Source: a virus (taxonomy: Duplodnaviria > Caudoviricetes). Taken from it: a DNA stretch of 26,008 nucleotides. Position numbers and translations under genes: made by a program. The notes beneath the pieces are model-generated. The model was not told the DNA's origin and did not search any database. It worked only from the letters and a program-made list of their open reading frames with translations. The stretch lies in the IMG/VR virus record IMGVR_UViG_3300044708_000102, positions 1-26,008 of that record; one strand, given 5' to 3'. The first letter of the stretch is position 1. Every line of letters begins with the position of its first letter. This document shows, piece after piece, positions 22,212-26,008 of the stretch.

Positions 22212-24143
22212 ATGACATTCGCAGAACTGGTAGACAAATACCAGACCGCTCCAGCTATCCCCGACGAAGAACTATACGACATGATGGTTTCGTTTCGAGA
22301 CTATCTCGTAGCGCAATATCGTGCGGGAGTCAAGCTAGCTGACCAGCCATACGGTCAAGAAATACGTCGTCGGACTGAGCAAGACTTATTCTGGGCGTGC
22401 CGCTATTTCACTTGGAATACAAACCCAGCGGGCGTAGACAAGCCTGTAGCGGACAACGGGATTACCCGCGAGACCCACGGCGAAGTTTGCGATTTCTTTG
22501 TTAAGAAAGACAAATCAAAGAAAATCCGCGACCAAGACGTGTTCAAGAACCGGATTCTGCTATTTCCTCGCGGTTCACTGAAAACGACCGTGGACATCGT
22601 AGACGCAGTCCAGTGGATTCTCAACTTTCCCGAGATTCGAATTCTGATCTTGACCGCAGCCGACGATTTGGCCTACGGAGTCGTTTCAGAAATCAAAGGT
22701 CACTTCTTACTCTACGAAGAACCGTCGTGGATGAATTTGTTTTTCCCCGAGTTCTGCGTAACAGATAAAACAGCATCTAAGGGTTCCGAGGGCTGGTTCG
22801 TTTGCCCCGTGTGGGCCGCCAAAGGCTTAGAGCGCAAAGAGCCTACAGTGCTAGCGGCCACAGTTTTGGAAGCCTTGGCCGGGTTGCACTTTGAAGTCGG
22901 CAAGCTGGACGACGCGGTCAGCAACACCAACTCGAATACAGAAGAACTTTGCAAGAAGCTGACCAACCGAGTCGATCTGCACCGCAAGATGATTATGCGG
23001 TGGGGTTATTGGGACAAAATCGGGACACGCTATCAAGAGTACGACGACTACGGAACCGAACTTGCCCGTTTAGAGCGCTACAAAGCCAAACTGAGCCAAA
23101 TCCGACCGGGTCTTGAAGGTCTCATAGACGACAAGACTAAAACGAAGGTTTTGGTTGGCCGAGCCGTCTTAATCAAAAAAGAAACTGAAGCTGCGCTGGT
23201 CACGGAAGGCAAAGAACTCTCGTACGAAGAAGCTGGTGAAGACGGCTGCTATATTTTGCTGCCGCACCTGATTTCGTTCCAAGAATTTCTAGTTGACTAC
23301 GACAAGAACCCGCTAGATACTGAAGGCCAGCTTAACCAGAATCCGACCCCACCGTTTGAATCGGATTTCACGCATCAGATGATGCTTCAGGCTACGGTGC
23401 CCGCGTTAGATTTACCAGAACTCGGGCCGATCACGCTGTTCTGGGACTTAGCGTCAAAGAACAAAAAGCAAAGCGATTTCTCGGTATGTACAGCGGTGTT
23501 GTGGGACGCCGTTAAAGGCACCGGGTATCTGGTTGACTACACCAAGCAGAAGTATTCGCCGACCGAGTTAGCCCGTGCCATTGTGAACTCGATTCGAGAC
23601 CACATGCCGCTGAAAGTCGGGATTGAAGACGTAGGGTTTTCTAGCCACATTCAGTACGCCATTAACGACATCGCGCTAAAGACGTCGCGGCAAGACAAAA
23701 ACCCCCGAATTTTTGAAATTGCACAGGCAATTGAGTGGGTACCAACCAAGAACAACAAGGACGAAAAAGACAACCGCATCAAGTCTTTGCACCCCGAATT
23801 CGTTTTTGGCCGCATGAAGTTTAGCGCGTCTTGCCCGATGCTCGAAGAACTCTATGTTGATTTCGAGCGTTTCCCGCACAGAAAGCACGACGACGGCCCG
23901 GACTCCTTGGCGTACCAACTGCGATACCGTCCGATTGGTTTGGCGGCATCTGCCAGCGGAGACGTAATCCATTTTTCATACCGCGACAAGCTTTTGAATT
24001 GGGCCCGCCGCGACATTTTTGAACCTGATATTCAGGACTATATGAAGCTGCCTGAATTGGTTCCGGTTGAACTAAAACGAGAAGAACACAACACTACGCC
24101 GGATGGTCTTGAAAACATCTTAGGCTCGTGGTGGACTGGATAA
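22212..24143 (+). CDS. terL: terminase large subunit
   Basis: Walker A variant PRGSLKTT, Walker B GKLDD, IGTRY coupling motif, nuclease WDLAS...SDFS and HDDGPDSL; sits upstream of portal. Confidence 0.9.
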   Translation: MTFAELVDKYQTAPAIPDEELYDMMVSFRDYLVAQYRAGVKLADQPYGQEIRRRTEQDLFWACRYFTWNTNPAGVDKPVADNGITRETHGEVCDFFVKKDKSKKIRDQDVFKNRILLFPRGSLKTTVDIVDAVQWILNFPEIRILILTAADDLAYGVVSEIKGHFLLYEEPSWMNLFFPEFCVTDKTASKGSEGWFVCPVWAAKGLERKEPTVLAATVLEALAGLHFEVGKLDDAVSNTNSNTEELCKKLTNRVDLHRKMIMRWGYWDKIGTRYQEYDDYGTELARLERYKAKLSQIRPGLEGLIDDKTKTKVLVGRAVLIKKETEAALVTEGKELSYEEAGEDGCYILLPHLISFQEFLVDYDKNPLDTEGQLNQNPTPPFESDFTHQMMLQATVPALDLPELGPITLFWDLASKNKKQSDFSVCTAVLWDAVKGTGYLVDYTKQKYSPTELARAIVNSIRDHMPLKVGIEDVGFSSHIQYAINDIALKTSRQDKNPRIFEIAQAIEWVPTKNNKDEKDNRIKSLHPEFVFGRMKFSASCPMLEELYVDFERFPHRKHDDGPDSLAYQLRYRPIGLAASASGDVIHFSYRDKLLNWARRDIFEPDIQDYMKLPELVPVELKREEHNTTPDGLENILGSWWTG

Positions 24144-24146
24144 AAT

Positions 24147-24374
24147 ATGAAGAAGCCGTACACGGGCCGTGACAAGCAGACTGGCGAAGCCACAGCCCCG
24201 CCGCGAGTCCAAGAAAAAATGCCGATGACTACGGGCATGACTAACTTTGGTGAAGACACTTTGTGTCCGCGTGATTACGAAGCTAAAATCATGACGGTTA
24301 GCGACCCCGATGTTACAGTCAAAGAACTTCCTGGCTGGAACTTCACTACTGGTGCAATTAGCGGCGGTCGCTAG
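24147..24374 (+). CDS. hypothetical protein
   Basis: 75 aa between terL and portal. Confidence 0.65.
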   Translation: MKKPYTGRDKQTGEATAPPRVQEKMPMTTGMTNFGEDTLCPRDYEAKIMTVSDPDVTVKELPGWNFTTGAISGGR

Positions 24375-24395
24375 TCCGTTTAAACGGAAAAACTT

Positions 24396-26008
24396 TTGGC
24401 CAATATTCCACAGCCCAGCTTTTCTGCGTCAACGCCGATCCCCGCTTCAAGCGTGGAAGCCGCCGCGAAAGTTGGGGGTGCGTATGAACAGAATCAGGAC
24501 GCACTTCGTTTAGTCTGCCAGACAGTAGACTACGCCGAAGGGCATCAGACGTACAAAGACTGGGCTAATCAGTGGGCTACGTCGTTGCGGATGTATCAGT
24601 CGCAAGCCACTGTAGCTAACTGGGGGAACAATCAAGCGCGGAATAACTTTCCGATGTTCGTTGTCGCGAACGCCGTTAATACGTTTGTGCCGCAGATCAT
24701 GGACGGGTTGTTCGCGGATAACCCTCCGTTTTTGGTCAACCCGCGCCCCGGAACCAAATACCCAGTTTCGCAAGCTGTGTCCGCTGTGCTGTCTTATCAG
24801 ATTAAGGAAGAACTCGATTTCCGAAACCAGATGGAAATGTTTTCCCGCAACGTTGCGTTGTTCGGGACAGGCATTGCCGAATGGGGATGGGAAGACCGCG
24901 ACGAAATCCGAACTCGGTACAAGCGCCGGGATACTTCGGTTCGCAAAACCGATGAGTTCGGAAACGAAATCGTTTTTGAAAACCAAGACGATCCGGGTGG
25001 GTTAGAACCCGAAGAATACGAATACCACGTATCTCGTCCGACGTTTGAGAACATCTACAATCTCAAGCAGATCATCGTTGACCCGACGTTAGCTGTTCCC
25101 GATATCCGTAAGGCAAAATTCGTTGCTAAGCGGAAATATATGAACTGGGAACAACTTGAAGAATTGCGCGATGACGAAACCTACGATCTTCCTTCGAAAG
25201 ACGAATTGATCTCGTGGTTTCTGCCGCCCAACCCCGAGCCAACGCTGGCCGCGTCCGAGGAAAACTATCCGCTTGGTCCTGCGCTCGATTTGCGTGCAGA
25301 CCCGCGCTGGATACAAGCCTCGGCTGATGCGTTGTCCAAACCGCTTGAAGTTCTTGAATACTGGACCAACGACCGTGTAATCACGGTGTTGCAGCGGAAA
25401 AAAGTTCTGCGTAACGCCGACAACCCATACGGCGTTCTGCCATTTTTGTCTTGCAATTTAGTCAATGTGCCAGGAGCCTTCTGGGGCATGGGCATGGGAA
25501 AAATGGTCGGGCCAGAACAGCGGCTACAGCAAGGCATTATCAACATGTGGCTGGATCAAGTTGTTCTAGCCATCGTTCCGATGTTTTTGTCGCCCAAAGG
25601 CGAGAACGTGGTTACCCAGGATATTGTGTCGCGTCCGGGCGGTATCGTTCGCGTTGACGACCCTGAAAAATTCAAGCCGTTCCCGAAACCGGAACCCGTT
25701 ACCGACGCCGGAATTCAGATTTCGCTATCTCAGGCCCGTGTTGAACAAACTACGGGCAATTCGAACAGCAGCCTCGCAGGGGCGACTGACACAAGCGTTG
25801 CTCGTACAGCGGCAGGCGTTCATTTGGCCGCCAGTGGTCCGCAGATCACGATTTCGAAGCATTTGGACGACATCTCGGAACAAGTCTTTATTCCGTTCTT
25901 AGAACACCTGACGGAACTTAACCGCTTGATGCCGGAAGTCGTTTGGAAGCGGATTCTGGAAGAATCTGCGATGTCTCCCGACCCGAGCGCCGCTAAACCC
26001 GTAACTCC
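24396..26008 (+). CDS. portal protein (partial, runs off window)
   Basis: Frame open from TTG 24396 where I translated it, including the window end; NPYGVLPF...VPGAFWGMG...EQRLQQGIIN resembles podovirus-type portals; follows terL. Confidence 0.85.
   Translation, partial: MANIPQPSFSASTPIPASSVEAAAKVGGAYEQNQDALRLVCQTVDYAEGHQTYKDWANQWATSLRMYQSQATVANWGNNQARNNFPMFVVANAVNTFVPQIMDGLFADNPPFLVNPRPGTKYPVSQAVSAVLSYQIKEELDFRNQMEMFSRNVALFGTGIAEWGWEDRDEIRTRYKRRDTSVRKTDEFGNEIVFENQDDPGGLEPEEYEYHVSRPTFENIYNLKQIIVDPTLAVPDIRKAKFVAKRKYMNWEQLEELRDDETYDLPSKDELISWFLPPNPEPTLAASEENYPLGPALDLRADPRWIQASADALSKPLEVLEYWTNDRVITVLQRKKVLRNADNPYGVLPFLSCNLVNVPGAFWGMGMGKMVGPEQRLQQGIINMWLDQVVLAIVPMFLSPKGENVVTQDIVSRPGGIVRVDDPEKFKPFPKPEPVTDAGIQISLSQARVEQTTGNSNSSLAGATDTSVARTAAGVHLAASGPQITISKHLDDISEQVFIPFLEHLTELNRLMPEVVWKRILEESAMSPDPSAAKPVT

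Larger units (their letters stand above)
288..24390. repeat. dispersed 18-bp imperfect palindrome AGTNCGTTT|AAACGNACT (~24 copies)
   Basis: Copies start at 288, 1440, 2055, 3529, 3753, 5266, 5343, 6087, 6485, 6613, 7560, 7914, 8855, 10121, 11394, 11748, 12400, 14106, 14837, 17659, 19580, 20777, 22140, 24373. Confidence 0.9.

Noticed and set aside
288-24390. Repeats as a CRISPR array
   Set aside because: Copies are short, degenerate, irregularly spaced hundreds to thousands of bp apart and often inside genes; no cas genes
24310-25902. Short ORFs listed over the window end
   Set aside because: Alternative frames of the portal gene, which the track missed because it lacks a stop in the window

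Overview
A 26-kb piece of a tailed dsDNA bacteriophage (or prophage) genome. The left arm (1-7366) is a mostly minus-strand block of small hypothetical genes, including a SprT-like metalloprotease. A ~1.2-kb non-coding divergence region (7370-8620) carries IHF-like sites and 12-bp tandem repeats. The plus-strand arm holds an HNH-like gene, a dual-frame (M.EcoHK31I-style) C5 cytosine methyltransferase whose nested +1-frame subunit has five tandem TRD-like modules, and small genes including an Acb2/Tad1-like sponge candidate, DUF6496 and a secreted beta-rich protein. It continues with several unexplained structured ncRNA-like elements, an array of 31 tRNA genes (all 20 amino acids if the atypical Glu call holds) interrupted by two free-standing endonucleases, a stand-alone ClpA/B D2-type AAA+ ATPase, the terminase large subunit and the start of the portal. 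The most unusual signal is two dispersed motif families: an 18-bp imperfect palindrome (AGTNCGTTT|AAACGNACT-like, about 24 copies) and a GC-rich asymmetric motif (GGGCCGCTA / GGCCCGCTA / TTGCCCGC, dozens of copies). Both sit preferentially on gene boundaries. All counts and structures were read by eye and no database searches were run.
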